A stretch of 54,958 nt of DNA from an uncultured bacterium (GCA_949291445.1 CASEVT010000007.1:1-54958); one strand, 5' to 3'; positions 1 through 10,979 are shown, numbered from the stretch's first letter. A program made the numbers and translations. Notes: generated from the sequence alone by a model not told the origin.

Positions 1-1
1 A

Positions 2-520
2 ACATACCATGCCGCTTATTATATGGGACAAGATAAAAAAGAGGTTTATAAAAAAGTAGAAAACGCAACAGCAGAAATTTTAGACGTATTAGCTCAGGAG
101 AATAACACTATCTGGGTTAGACCGGAAACTACCGGAAAAGCTACTCAATGGGGCGATCTTGAAGAAATTGTGCAACTGTCAAAAACATTTGAACAGGTCT
201 TGCCCTGCGTAGATTTCTCGCATCTGCATGCCAGAACTAACGGCGATTACAACACTTATGATGAATTTGCAAAAATATTTGATACAATCGGCAACAGCAT
301 CGGTCAATACGCTCTGGAGAATTTTCACGCACACCTTGCCGGAATTGATTATGGCGAAAAAGGAGAGAAAAAACATTTAATACTTCAAGAAAGTGATATG
401 AATTATAAGGACTTACTCAAAGCATTTAAAGATTTTAATATTAAAGGTGTTTTGGTCTGTGAAAGCCCCAATATCGAAGACGACACCGTTCTGCTTAAAG
501 AATATTACGAAAGTTTGTAA
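2..520 (+). CDS. Endonuclease IV / AP endonuclease family 2-like TIM-barrel protein, C-terminal part (5' end outside window)
   Basis: Frame is open from base 2 (TYHAAYY precedes the first ATG at 23), so the gene starts upstream of the window. Stop TAA at 518-520. Motifs RPETTGK, CVDFSHLHAR, FHAHLAGIDYGEKGEKKH and VCESP resemble the metal-ligand strands of Nfo/xylose-isomerase-like barrels. Confidence 0.55.
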   Translation, partial: TYHAAYYMGQDKKEVYKKVENATAEILDVLAQENNTIWVRPETTGKATQWGDLEEIVQLSKTFEQVLPCVDFSHLHARTNGDYNTYDEFAKIFDTIGNSIGQYALENFHAHLAGIDYGEKGEKKHLILQESDMNYKDLLKAFKDFNIKGVLVCESPNIEDDTVLLKEYYESL

Positions 521-618
521 ATTTTGAAATACTAATTGCGCTTATTAATGATATTATAAAACTATGCGGGCAGCCCTTAGGATACGGGATAAATTTTTTT
601 TACAAATTGCCTTTAAGA

Positions 619-1239
619 ATGGACAATCCGAAAGAAATTAGCAAAATGCATGAATATTATTTCAAAATCAAAAAAGGAACACTGGAATTTGAATTCTCCA
701 CCTCAGATAAAGAAGCCTTTGAAACACAACTTGCAGATTGGATCGGCGGAATAACAGGCTCTCATTCACCCGTTCAAGAACAATCTGTCAACGAAACGAA
801 ACTCGAGCGAAAAGGATTTATACAAATTAAAGAACTCGTTAAGATTAATGAGCTTCAATCGCCTACACCAAAAGAGGAGCCGGAGTTTGAAAAAGTTCTT
901 GAAGAATCTTTGGAAAACCCTAAGACAGAAGTCGAAGAAAAGGTTGAAATAACCTCACCATTTCAAGCGTACCTCTCCGTTTTTGAAACGAATAACCCTC
1001 TTGAATTATTGATGCTTACGGCAAAATATATTTGGGAAAACGAAAACGCCGAAAAATTTACCATTAAACAAATTAACGCAAAACTTGTCCCCGCTAAAGG
1101 ACTGGCTATAAATCATTTAAACATACAAGAAGCACTTGAAAAAGAATTAATAAAAATTGTCCCCAATTACACTAATATAGCCGATGTTACCGAATACACA
1201 CTTACCGAAAACGGAGAGCGATACAATGTCCCGAACTAA
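619..1239 (+). CDS. Hypothetical protein (no family recognised)
   Basis: Track ORF 607..1239 begins with TTG. First ATG is at 619 (MDNPKE), with another at 646 (MHEYYF). Acidic linker (PKEEPEFEKVLEESLENPKTEVEEK) followed by a helical C-terminal domain. Stop overlaps the mnmA start by 14 nt. Confidence 0.45.
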   Translation: MDNPKEISKMHEYYFKIKKGTLEFEFSTSDKEAFETQLADWIGGITGSHSPVQEQSVNETKLERKGFIQIKELVKINELQSPTPKEEPEFEKVLEESLENPKTEVEEKVEITSPFQAYLSVFETNNPLELLMLTAKYIWENENAEKFTIKQINAKLVPAKGLAINHLNIQEALEKELIKIVPNYTNIADVTEYTLTENGERYNVPN

Positions 1240-2272
1240 AGTTGCAGTGGCATTGAGCGGCGGTCTCGACAGCAGTGTATGCTGCCATTTGCTTAAGCTC
1301 CAAGGCTACGATGTAATTGCTGTTACTGCAAAAATGACAGATACTCCTGATTTTGAACAAATTGTAGCTAACGCACAAGAGGTTGCAAAAAAAATTGGTA
1401 TCCCGCACCACATAATTGACCTGTCCGAAATATTTCAAAATAAAATCATTGATTATTTTGAAAATTCGTACAAATGCGGTAAAACCCCCAATCCTTGCAT
1501 TCTTTGTAACAAGTTTATAAAATTCGGTGCACTAGCGGATTACGCAAGAAAAACCCTCAATGCAGACTATCTTGCCACAGGTCACTATGCAAAAATACTA
1601 AATGACAACGGCGTCTACAAACTCTATCCCGCAGCAGACACAAAAAAAGATCAGTTATACTATCTTTTTGAGCTGAATCAAGAACAACTCTCACACACAT
1701 TATTTCCGCTACACAGCTATCTGAAAGAAGAAATAAGAAAAATTGCAATCGAAAACGACCTGCCATCAAAATCTTCGAAAGAAAGTCAGGATATCTGTTT
1801 TATAAAAAAACCAATGACAACAAAAAAATATCTTTGTGAAAAAATACCGATGAAACAGGGCAAGTTCATCCATATTAAGACAAATCAACAGCTCGGAACT
1901 CATCAGGGATACGCACAATACACTATAGGACAACGAAAAGGAATCGGTATTGCGTATTGCGAACCTCTTTATGTGGCGAAGATTGACGCCCCCAATAATA
2001 TAGTCTATCTCGGCGGCAAAGACGATTTGTTAGAAAACACAGTACACATCTGCAACATAAACCTTCAATACCCTAAAACCGAAACAGAATTCGATGCACT
2101 TGTAAAAATCCGATATAACATGGATTTTCAAAAAGCACGCGTAAAACTCATCAACTCCAATGAAGCGGTGATAGTATTTGAATCAAACGTATCTGCCATA
2201 ACCCAAGGTCAGGCAGCCGTATTCTACTCCTGTGAAGATGTCCATCTAATCGGCGGCGGATGGATTTGCTAA
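1226..2272 (+). CDS. mnmA: tRNA 2-thiouridine(34) synthase MnmA
   Basis: MSRTKVAVALSGGLDSSV PP-loop, NPCILCN, ATGHYA, and a full-length MnmA-like protein. ATG at 1226 is preferred to track start 1184 because MnmA proteins begin just before the SGGxDS loop. Confidence 0.93.
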   Translation: MSRTKVAVALSGGLDSSVCCHLLKLQGYDVIAVTAKMTDTPDFEQIVANAQEVAKKIGIPHHIIDLSEIFQNKIIDYFENSYKCGKTPNPCILCNKFIKFGALADYARKTLNADYLATGHYAKILNDNGVYKLYPAADTKKDQLYYLFELNQEQLSHTLFPLHSYLKEEIRKIAIENDLPSKSSKESQDICFIKKPMTTKKYLCEKIPMKQGKFIHIKTNQQLGTHQGYAQYTIGQRKGIGIAYCEPLYVAKIDAPNNIVYLGGKDDLLENTVHICNINLQYPKTETEFDALVKIRYNMDFQKARVKLINSNEAVIVFESNVSAITQGQAAVFYSCEDVHLIGGGWIC

Positions 2273-2315
2273 TTTATAAATATACAAAAATCTGCTTCAA
2301 AATTTTCTATAAACA

Positions 2316-2347
2316 TAAAAGAAAAAGCCCGATGAAATCATCGGGCT
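2316..2347 (-). terminator. Rho-independent terminator downstream of fliC (also closes mnmA)
   Basis: Perfect inverted repeat AGCCCGATGA (2326-2335) / TCATCGGGCT (2338-2347). On the minus strand it is followed by TTTTTCTTT (complement of 2316-2325). Confidence 0.8.
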
Positions 2348-2380
2348 AGTTGCCATCACCTATTATGTAAATCGGTGTTA

Positions 2381-3235
2381 TTAGCCAATCAATTGAAGAG
2401 CCAATGAAGGCAATTGATTAGCCTGTGTCAACAAGGCTGCGGAAGCTTGTTGAAGAATTTGAGCCTTCATGTAGTTTGAAGATTCTTCAGCAATATCAGC
2501 ATCCATGATTGTTGATTTAGCTGCAGAGTTGTTTTCAATGTTAGTTACCAAAGAAGTCTTTGCAGATTCCAATCTGTTTTGGTAAGCACCGATTGATGCT
2601 TTTCTGTCATTGATATCAGCCAATGCATCATCAACCGTTTCAATGAATGCAGCAGCACTAGTTGCATTAGCAAATGCAGCAGTAATTGCTCCAGTATCCA
2701 AACCTAAATCGTCAGCAGTTGCAGCTGCAAAAATGTCAGCTTCAATTGTCAACGCATTTTGAGCTTCCTCAGAGTTAGCACCAACTTGAAGTCTCAAGCC
2801 GTTTGTCAAATCATTACCACTGAGCAACTCAATGTCATTGAATCTGGAAGAGGTTGCGATTCTTGTAATTTCTGCTGCACGTGCAGTAACTTCATCTTCC
2901 ATAGCAGTCATTGATTCATCTGAGTAAACTCCGTTTGCTGCCTGTACTGCTAAGTCACGAATACGTTGCAAGTTTGTTTCGATTACGCCTAAATCACCTT
3001 CTGCTACCTGTAACAGGTTTACACCGTTTGCTACGTTAGATTTTGCTACCTTTGAACCCCTAATTTGTGTTTCCATATTTGTTGCAATGTAAATACCTGC
3101 AGCATCATCTTTTGCAGAATTTACTTTGTAACCTGTGGACATTCTTTGCAATGCTGTATTCAAAGAGTCTGTAGCATTGGTCAAGTTTCTTTGTGTTACC
3201 AAAGACGAGTAGTTTGTGTTTACGATAATTCCCAT
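2381..3235 (-). CDS. fliC: Flagellin (short, D0/D1-type)
   Basis: N-terminus MGIIVNTNYSSLVTQRNL..., AKDDAAG, LQRIRDLAVQAANG. C-terminus IGAYQNRLES...LLTQANQLPSLALQLIG. Strong SD AAAGGAG 6 nt upstream of ATG 3235. Confidence 0.95.
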   Translation of the reverse strand: MGIIVNTNYSSLVTQRNLTNATDSLNTALQRMSTGYKVNSAKDDAAGIYIATNMETQIRGSKVAKSNVANGVNLLQVAEGDLGVIETNLQRIRDLAVQAANGVYSDESMTAMEDEVTARAAEITRIATSSRFNDIELLSGNDLTNGLRLQVGANSEEAQNALTIEADIFAAATADDLGLDTGAITAAFANATSAAAFIETVDDALADINDRKASIGAYQNRLESAKTSLVTNIENNSAAKSTIMDADIAEESSNYMKAQILQQASAALLTQANQLPSLALQLIG

Positions 3236-3766
3236 GTCATGCTCCTTTCGACGTCACATTTTTACATCCTGTAAAAATTTTCGTAAAACTAATTTTATCT
3301 ATAGCTGTATATTAACGTTTTTCCTATCTACACTTAATTCAATTAAAGTCTGAACTTTTTCATACTTCGGTTTGATTTCAATCCGATACGATATCACCAT
3401 CAACTGTTTTTACTTCAAATAGCAAACATTATTTATACAGCCTACATTCTACAGTATATACATTTTTTTTTTGATGGGCTAGTCTTATTTGAACAATTTT
3501 TACAAAATGCAATATATTTTTTATATACATTTGATATACTTTGACAATAAAATGAATACATTCGGGGCAAAAACTAATCTTTAAAAAATTATGTAACAAA
3601 TTATTTCAATTGAGGAATTGTAAACATTTGTAATGACAAAATTTATTTTTTCAAGACTTATACCATGCACAGATCACACAGCGTAATATTTTGAAACTTT
3701 CCATGTAATAGAAAGTTTTTACTGCTATAATTTTGATAGCCGGTATGAAAAAGGAAGGAATGAAAC

Positions 3767-4777
3767 ATGGAATTGACAATGGAATTTCCTCAAAGAGAAA
3801 AGACTATTAACCCCACCCACGATATAAAGTTATTCTCAGGACGTTCACATATGAAATTGGCACAAGAGATTGCTGATTATCTGGGCACAACAGTCGGTCC
3901 AATGGTGATAAAGAATTTTGCTGACGGAGAAATCTATGTTCAAATACAACAAAGCATCCGCGGCGACGATGTTTTCATAGTTCAACCTCTTTGCAATCCG
4001 GTTAATGAAAATTTGATGGAATTATTAATAATCATCGACGCATTTAAAAGGGCAAGTGCAAAATCGATTACAGCAGTAATTCCCTACTATGGCTACGCAA
4101 GACAGGACCGAAAGACCTCAGGCAGAGAAGCTATTACAGCAAAGCTTGTCGCGGATTTATTGACCACAGCCGGCGTAGACAGAGTTCTGGCGATGGATTT
4201 ACATACCGGACAAATTCAAGGATTCTTCAACATTCTCGTTGATCACATTTTTGCGACATCTGTTCTTACTTCTTACATAAAAAAACTCAATATACCGGAA
4301 GAAAAACTGGTTGCAGTAAGCCCCGACACAGGCGGCGTTCCCAGAACAAGATATTTCGCAAAAGATCTGGGCTGCCCGATGGCTATTGTTGATAAACGAA
4401 GAGATAAACATAATGAAGCAATTGCAGAACACGTAATTGGTGATGTTAAAGACAAGATTTGTGTACTGGTCGACGATATGATCGACACGGCAGGTACTAT
4501 CTGCGGTGCGGCCAGACTTTTGATTAAAGAAGGGGCTGAAAAAGTTTACGTTTGTGCAGCACACGGTGTACTTTCAGGACCGGCTTTGCAACGACTGGAA
4601 GAAGCACCGGTTGAGGAGGTAATTATTACCAATTCTATACCGCTTGAGAGAAATTATGTGCCGTCGAAGATAACTCAACTCAGTATTGCTCCGGCACTCG
4701 GCGAAGCTATTTCAAGAATTCACGATAATGAATCAGTAAGTTCTTTGTTCGGATTTGAAAAAGAATACAAATCATAG
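3767..4777 (+). CDS. prs: Ribose-phosphate pyrophosphokinase
   Basis: IKLFSGRSH, FADGEIYVQI, PYYGYARQDRK and VLVDDMIDTAGT (PRPP loop). SD AAGGAAGG lies 8 nt upstream of ATG 3767. Confidence 0.95.
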   Translation: MELTMEFPQREKTINPTHDIKLFSGRSHMKLAQEIADYLGTTVGPMVIKNFADGEIYVQIQQSIRGDDVFIVQPLCNPVNENLMELLIIIDAFKRASAKSITAVIPYYGYARQDRKTSGREAITAKLVADLLTTAGVDRVLAMDLHTGQIQGFFNILVDHIFATSVLTSYIKKLNIPEEKLVAVSPDTGGVPRTRYFAKDLGCPMAIVDKRRDKHNEAIAEHVIGDVKDKICVLVDDMIDTAGTICGAARLLIKEGAEKVYVCAAHGVLSGPALQRLEEAPVEEVIITNSIPLERNYVPSKITQLSIAPALGEAISRIHDNESVSSLFGFEKEYKS

Positions 4778-4812
4778 CAATCCTAACAAATTATAAAGAT
4801 TAAGAGAGAGTT

Positions 4813-4842
4813 GGCAGACGCAGAGCGTCTGCCTTCATTTTT
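4813..4842 (+). terminator. Rho-independent terminator after prs
   Basis: GGCAGACGC (4813-4821) / GCGTCTGCC (4825-4833) with a 3-nt loop, followed by TTCATTTTT. Confidence 0.8.
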
Positions 4843-4844
4843 GC

Positions 4845-6719
4845 TTAATTATTTTCTGAAGATAAGCTGTCTTCTTCCATTGAGCCTACCTGATTTCTGC
4901 CGTTTTCTTTAGCTTTATACAAACAAGCATCAGCATATTTTATCAATTCTTGGGGAGTTTGACCATTCTTTGGATAAGTGGATACACCAAGGCTTATTGT
5001 AACATTTTTTTCAATATCATTAGCAAGTTTAAATGGCTTATTTGCGACCGCATCACAGATTTTTTGTGCAGTTATCTTAGCTTCTTTGCTTCCGGTATTT
5101 GACAGAATAATGGTCATTTCTTCTCCGCCATAGCGGCAAACTATATCAGTTGAGCGAACATTCTTTTTCAACACTTGCGCAACCTGCTTCAATACAGCAT
5201 CACCGGATTGATGTCCATAATTGTCATTAAACTTTTTAAAGAAATCTATATCTATTATGACCAGTGAGAACTCTGAATTATAACGCTTTGAAGTCTCAAC
5301 ATGATGAATCATCTGTTCTTGAAAATATCTGTGATTGTATAGTTCTGTCAGTCCGTCAGTCGTTGCAAGTGCGTATGTATACTCAAAATCTCTCGATTTT
5401 AGAATGTATTTTGCTATGTATACTCCGGTAAATGATATTGCCATAGAGAGCAACTGCAATATCACACCTATCCATATATTGAAATAATGCATCAACAGCG
5501 TGCTTATGAATAAAAATACAACACCGGTTAATATTGCTATTAATGATGAGAGAATTGTAGATTTTGTCCGTACGGCAATCAGTCCGATAAAAAGGCTTAG
5601 GACCATACAAACCAAAACATCAACCTTGGGTGAAACTCTTTTTATAAAATTATTATCCAACAAGTTGTTAACAAAAGTTGTATGTGTTTCTACCCCCGGA
5701 AAGAGCTTGTCGGTCGGAACACTTTTAATATCAAATAAAGACGTGGTGCTGGTACCGAGATAAACAATCTTACCCTTAAAGTAATCCTTAGGTATAAGGT
5801 TCTCTTCACCGTACATAGTCTTCAAAACCTTCCAGAAAGGTACGTATTCAAAAGTATTTCCTCCGTTAGAACCGCTGGGGCCGTACCAGTTCAGGATTGT
5901 CGTACCAAAATGAGAGAGCGGAATTGTTCTATTGCCGACAATGACTTCTCCGTCCTTGTTTATTTTAAAATCTGCAGGGACAGTTTCATTTTTAGTTTGA
6001 AGGTATTTCAGCGCAACTTTTAGCGCAAGATGCGGATAATAATCAGACTTGTAGCCCGCAAAAGGCAAGAAATTTCTGATAATACCATCATCCTCACGTA
6101 TTGCATTAATGTGTCCGATATTGGGAGTATTATCCAAGATTTCACTGATTATAACCCTGCAATTATCAAAATGCATTGCTGGCGAATTCAAATCCACATC
6201 CGACTTATTATCAATCTTGACCTTCAAATAATCAGGTAAATCAACAGGTTTTCTTAAAGCTGCCTCTTGGTTATCAAAATTTATTGAAGTAAAGACATTG
6301 TCATGTTTCGATATATTTCGAGCAAGCTTGAGATCATCTTCTCCGGAGCTTTTAATAGATTTCACAAACAAAAGATCATAAGCAATAACAGAAGCTTTCT
6401 GCTGTTCAAGATACTCTATCAAATCTGCATATATCCCTCTTCTTACGGGCCATTCGCCGTATTTATCCAGCACATATTCATAACTTGCATCATCTATCGA
6501 AATAATCTTTATATCCGGATTAACTTTTTTATACTTGGCAATTATATTTTGCCTAACGTCGAAAGTTTGATTTTCCATGTTAACGAAAAAATTCATAACA
6601 TGCGGCACCTGTAACAGCATAAAAAGTATTTTTACCGTAAACAAAATAAAAACGGAGTAAAGCACGTACTTCAAAAAAATCTTACTTTTCAAAGCTTCGT
6701 TTATATCAATATCTTTCAT
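4845..6719 (-). CDS. CHASE2 sensor domain-containing diguanylate cyclase (GGDEF domain, GGEEM variant)
   Basis: N-terminal TM, then a CHASE2-like periplasmic region (IISIDDASYEYVLDKYGEWPVRRGIYADLIEYL...AYDLLF), three TM helices, then a GGDEF domain (TDGLTELYNHRYF...RSTDIVCRYGGEEMTIIL...ADACLYKAKENGRNQV). SD GAGGAA precedes ATG 6719. Confidence 0.9.
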   Translation of the reverse strand: MKDIDINEALKSKIFLKYVLYSVFILFTVKILFMLLQVPHVMNFFVNMENQTFDVRQNIIAKYKKVNPDIKIISIDDASYEYVLDKYGEWPVRRGIYADLIEYLEQQKASVIAYDLLFVKSIKSSGEDDLKLARNISKHDNVFTSINFDNQEAALRKPVDLPDYLKVKIDNKSDVDLNSPAMHFDNCRVIISEILDNTPNIGHINAIREDDGIIRNFLPFAGYKSDYYPHLALKVALKYLQTKNETVPADFKINKDGEVIVGNRTIPLSHFGTTILNWYGPSGSNGGNTFEYVPFWKVLKTMYGEENLIPKDYFKGKIVYLGTSTTSLFDIKSVPTDKLFPGVETHTTFVNNLLDNNFIKRVSPKVDVLVCMVLSLFIGLIAVRTKSTILSSLIAILTGVVFLFISTLLMHYFNIWIGVILQLLSMAISFTGVYIAKYILKSRDFEYTYALATTDGLTELYNHRYFQEQMIHHVETSKRYNSEFSLVIIDIDFFKKFNDNYGHQSGDAVLKQVAQVLKKNVRSTDIVCRYGGEEMTIILSNTGSKEAKITAQKICDAVANKPFKLANDIEKNVTISLGVSTYPKNGQTPQELIKYADACLYKAKENGRNQVGSMEEDSLSSENN

Positions 6720-6732
6720 AAAAATTCCTCAA

Positions 6733-6861
6733 CTATAAAGATTTAACAAGTTCACAAGTTTGCTGACCCGAAGTTAAAAAATCAGCCAGCAACTGCGTCA
6801 AATCAGGCAATTCATCAGGATTTTGCAAATATTTTAACAAACATTCTTCGTTCAGATTCAT
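6733..6861 (-). CDS. Candidate 42-aa small acidic protein upstream of the diguanylate cyclase
   Basis: Below the ORF-track cutoff. ATG 6861 to TAG 6733 gives MNLNEECLLKYLQNPDELPDLTQLLADFLTSGQQTCELVKSL. It ends 13 nt before the cyclase ATG, just ahead of its SD. Only a weak SD (GAGAA) of its own. Confidence 0.25.
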   Translation of the reverse strand: MNLNEECLLKYLQNPDELPDLTQLLADFLTSGQQTCELVKSL

Positions 6862-7012
6862 ACCATTCTCGTTTTGGATGTCCGTGAGAATATTGTTACA
6901 AAATATTAAAGAATATAAATCAACCTAACGGTGAATTTTACTGGTCTAATCCATACTTCAAAAGTACGATAAAATTTGAAAATATCCATCAATATAATGA
7001 CAAAACAAACAA

Positions 7013-9328
7013 CTAATCAATATCGATCGGAGGACGCATAATTGCCTCAATAGCCATTCTGGCATTAGTTGCAAGTGTTTCTGAAACATTAGGAATAATT
7101 GTAAGTTGCCTCAATACGTCAATGGTTCTCTTAAAACATCTGACGACATCGCCCTCACCGGCACCGATTTGTTCGACCAACTCCTCCCATTCACCGCCGT
7201 TAACCCAATATTCAATTAACGGAGAATAATAAGAATTGATATACATCTCGGTATCAATATCATAATCCCTCTGAACAACACTAATCCTACGTCTGATATC
7301 TTTAATACGATTCAGTGCCTTTCTGGTACCCTTACTGATAGGCAACTCGGGAAAAACATCTGCCCGCAAATCTTCTGTAGTAATTGCACAAATAACAGAT
7401 GCCAGCTCATCAACCTTTAACGTATCCAACACACCGCTAAAAATAATTTCTGAAAGGAACAACTCGTTCTCCGCCCTAATGGCAGCAGTTGTTTTACCTT
7501 TTTCGGCAGGGTAATCATTCTCAATATACCCCATCTTTTGCAGAACATAAGTATGATTAAGGAACTTGCGCCAATAGACATCTTTTTCATACTCAATACT
7601 TTTTTCAAGTTTTTGAGCACGTTTTTCAAACCGCTGCAACAAATCAATCTCTTTTGCATGCTTTCGATACAAACGACAAGTATCACAAGCATAACCATGA
7701 ACACGGTTCAAAAAGTTTTTTGTCTTTGCCTCAAACTCAATATATTCTTTTTGATGCTCTTGCGCTTTATTTTTCAACTGTTTTTTAAGAGTTTTTTGAA
7801 TCTTTCTATATTCAACATAAGTATTTTTAATCTTGTTATACTCAAGCATATCAGCAGTTGTAAGCCCGAATTCACATTTGAAAGATTTAAACTGAGCAAT
7901 CGAATCATCCGTCAACTGTTTTTGAGCGAGCAAAGGTTTAAGCCGATCGGTAGAAGAAAAATACCCGAAACTCTTCAATATAAGTTCCTTAGCTTCCTCC
8001 AGAGAAAATCTTTGAAGCAGGTTAAGCACCATGGAATAAGTAGGAGAAAATCGACTTTCAAGCGGATTTGCATCGCTTTTCACAAGCTCTGCAACCTCCT
8101 CCGGCGACTGGAACGCAGTGCCGATAATAGTTACATACCCAACTTCATCCATACCTCTTCGACCGGCACGACCTGACATTTGCAAAAACTCACTTGCTGT
8201 GAGCATCCTATGACCGGAATCGGTACGTTTTGATATAGCACTTATTACAGTAGAGCGTGCAGGCATATTGATACCGGCAGCAAGTGTCTCCGTAGCAAAA
8301 ACAACTTTTATCAAGCCTTTTTGAAACAATTTTTCAACAAGCACCTTCCAAGCAGGCAACAATCCCGCATGATGAGATGCAACCCCTCTTAAAATATATT
8401 CAATATGCTTGTTAGAATACAAATAAGGATTTTGAGCGATATACTCATCGACCATCGACTTAATCTGCTTTTGTTCAGCTTCGCTAACCAGACACAACTC
8501 GGCACATTTTTCCATCTGCTCATCGCATTTTTTTCTGGAGAAAGTAAAATATATAGCCGGCAGCATGTTTTTTTTATGCAAGATAGAAACAACATCCTTA
8601 ACGGCTGATTTTTGGGCAACCTTGCGGCGAGAAAAGGTTTTTGCCCTGGACTCGGGCTTAATCTTCTTGTTAAGCTTCCCGTCAGGAGTTAACAAAGGCA
8701 GAATATCATTGGGTTTTGACGAATCGTAATAATAATACCTTAACGGCACAGGACGAAAATCTGTATAAACAAGTTCAGTTCGTGAATGAACCGTATTAAT
8801 CCAATCGGTAAGTTGTTGAGAATTAGCAACGGTTGCCGACAGTGCAATTATCTGGATATTAGTCGGGCAATAAATTATGCTCTCTTCCCAAACAGTCCCC
8901 CGCTGTTCGTCATTCATATAATGAACTTCATCAAGCACAACATACCTAACATCCTTTAAATTGTCAGTAACAGATCCGAAATTTGTGCCATAGAGCATAT
9001 TTCTAAAAACTTCTGTTGTCATAACAACAATCTGAGCACCTCGGTTGATAGAAGTATCACCGGTCAACAACCCGACTTTTTCTTCGCCGTATTTTTCTGA
9101 AAAATCACGAAATTTTTGGTTAGACAGGGCTTTCAAGGGAGTTGTATAAAATATTCTCACACCCTCATCCAATGCCTTATGAATTGCCATTTGCGCAATA
9201 CAAGTTTTTCCGGCACCGGTCGGCGCGCATACTACGACACTTTTACCCTCTTTTATGTAGTATAGGGCTTCTTCTTGAAAATCATCTAATTTAAAATCGA
9301 ATTTGTACAATATTTCTTCACTCCACAA
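7013..9328 (-). CDS. Ski2-like DEAD/DEAH-box RNA helicase (HelY-like, DSHCT-type C-terminus)
   Basis: CAPTGAGKT (Walker A), VLDEVHYM (DEVH), SATV, HHAGLLP and MSGRAGRRG. The C-terminal LIEYWVNGGEWEELVEQIGAGEGDVVRCFKRTIDVLRQL resembles the DSHCT domain of Mtr4/Ski2/HelY. The start at 9328 is TTG with no clear SD, so the exact start is uncertain. Confidence 0.88.
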   Translation of the reverse strand: MWSEEILYKFDFKLDDFQEEALYYIKEGKSVVVCAPTGAGKTCIAQMAIHKALDEGVRIFYTTPLKALSNQKFRDFSEKYGEEKVGLLTGDTSINRGAQIVVMTTEVFRNMLYGTNFGSVTDNLKDVRYVVLDEVHYMNDEQRGTVWEESIIYCPTNIQIIALSATVANSQQLTDWINTVHSRTELVYTDFRPVPLRYYYYDSSKPNDILPLLTPDGKLNKKIKPESRAKTFSRRKVAQKSAVKDVVSILHKKNMLPAIYFTFSRKKCDEQMEKCAELCLVSEAEQKQIKSMVDEYIAQNPYLYSNKHIEYILRGVASHHAGLLPAWKVLVEKLFQKGLIKVVFATETLAAGINMPARSTVISAISKRTDSGHRMLTASEFLQMSGRAGRRGMDEVGYVTIIGTAFQSPEEVAELVKSDANPLESRFSPTYSMVLNLLQRFSLEEAKELILKSFGYFSSTDRLKPLLAQKQLTDDSIAQFKSFKCEFGLTTADMLEYNKIKNTYVEYRKIQKTLKKQLKNKAQEHQKEYIEFEAKTKNFLNRVHGYACDTCRLYRKHAKEIDLLQRFEKRAQKLEKSIEYEKDVYWRKFLNHTYVLQKMGYIENDYPAEKGKTTAAIRAENELFLSEIIFSGVLDTLKVDELASVICAITTEDLRADVFPELPISKGTRKALNRIKDIRRRISVVQRDYDIDTEMYINSYYSPLIEYWVNGGEWEELVEQIGAGEGDVVRCFKRTIDVLRQLTIIPNVSETLATNARMAIEAIMRPPIDID

Positions 9329-9350
9329 ATTACATATATTTTAGCCCAAA

Positions 9351-9396
9351 TTTTATAAAAAACAAAGAAGGGACAAACAAAAAAGCTTGTCCCTTC
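9351..9396 (-). terminator. Rho-independent terminator after eno
   Basis: GAAGGGACAA (9367-9376) / TTGTCCCTTC (9387-9396), a 10-bp stem. On the minus strand it is followed by TTTGTTTTTT. Confidence 0.8.
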
Positions 9397-9415
9397 AAAA
9401 AATAGTTTGTAAAAA

Positions 9416-10810
<1,395 letters not shown>

Positions 10811-10979
10811 TTATTTGTTAATTTTTATTAATTTCTTCGTTGACAAAGGTTAATTTAGGAATTCACAGGTATTTAATAAGTAATCAAACCCCACACCAAT
10901 TTGAAGAAAGCATTTGTATTAGCAGCAAACAAAACAGTCAAAACAAAAACCGGAATAATCAGTCAGCCCAGTCAAAATA

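Noticed and set aside
1184-1225. Long N-terminal extensions suggested by the ORF track (mnmA 1184, hydrolase 15621, HD-GYP 15681, coaE 32709, oxidoreductase beta 36420, cca 45742, DUF2142-like 53637, GT2 54340, P93 54370)
   Set aside because: Several use TTG and lack an SD, and the extensions precede conserved N-terminal motifs. Downstream ATGs with an SD or a coupling overlap fit better.
3236-3420. Search for a sigma28 (TAAA-N15-GCCGATAA) promoter upstream of fliC
   Set aside because: Only partial matches at the wrong spacing (e.g. AAAGTT...GTAGATAG). CCGATA-like strings at 3381-3396 are on the wrong strand for fliC. No call made.
7538-8176. 212-aa plus-strand ORF inside the helicase gene
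   Set aside because: Antisense shadow ORF in AT-rich DNA, with a low-complexity F/L/I/K-rich translation and no SD.
7013-9328. Helicase considered as a defence-system component (e.g. a Hachiman HamB-like Ski2 helicase)
   Set aside because: There is no partner nuclease or HamA-like gene nearby. The C-terminus looks like the DSHCT domain of housekeeping HelY/Mtr4-type RNA helicases, and the neighbours are eno and a cyclase.
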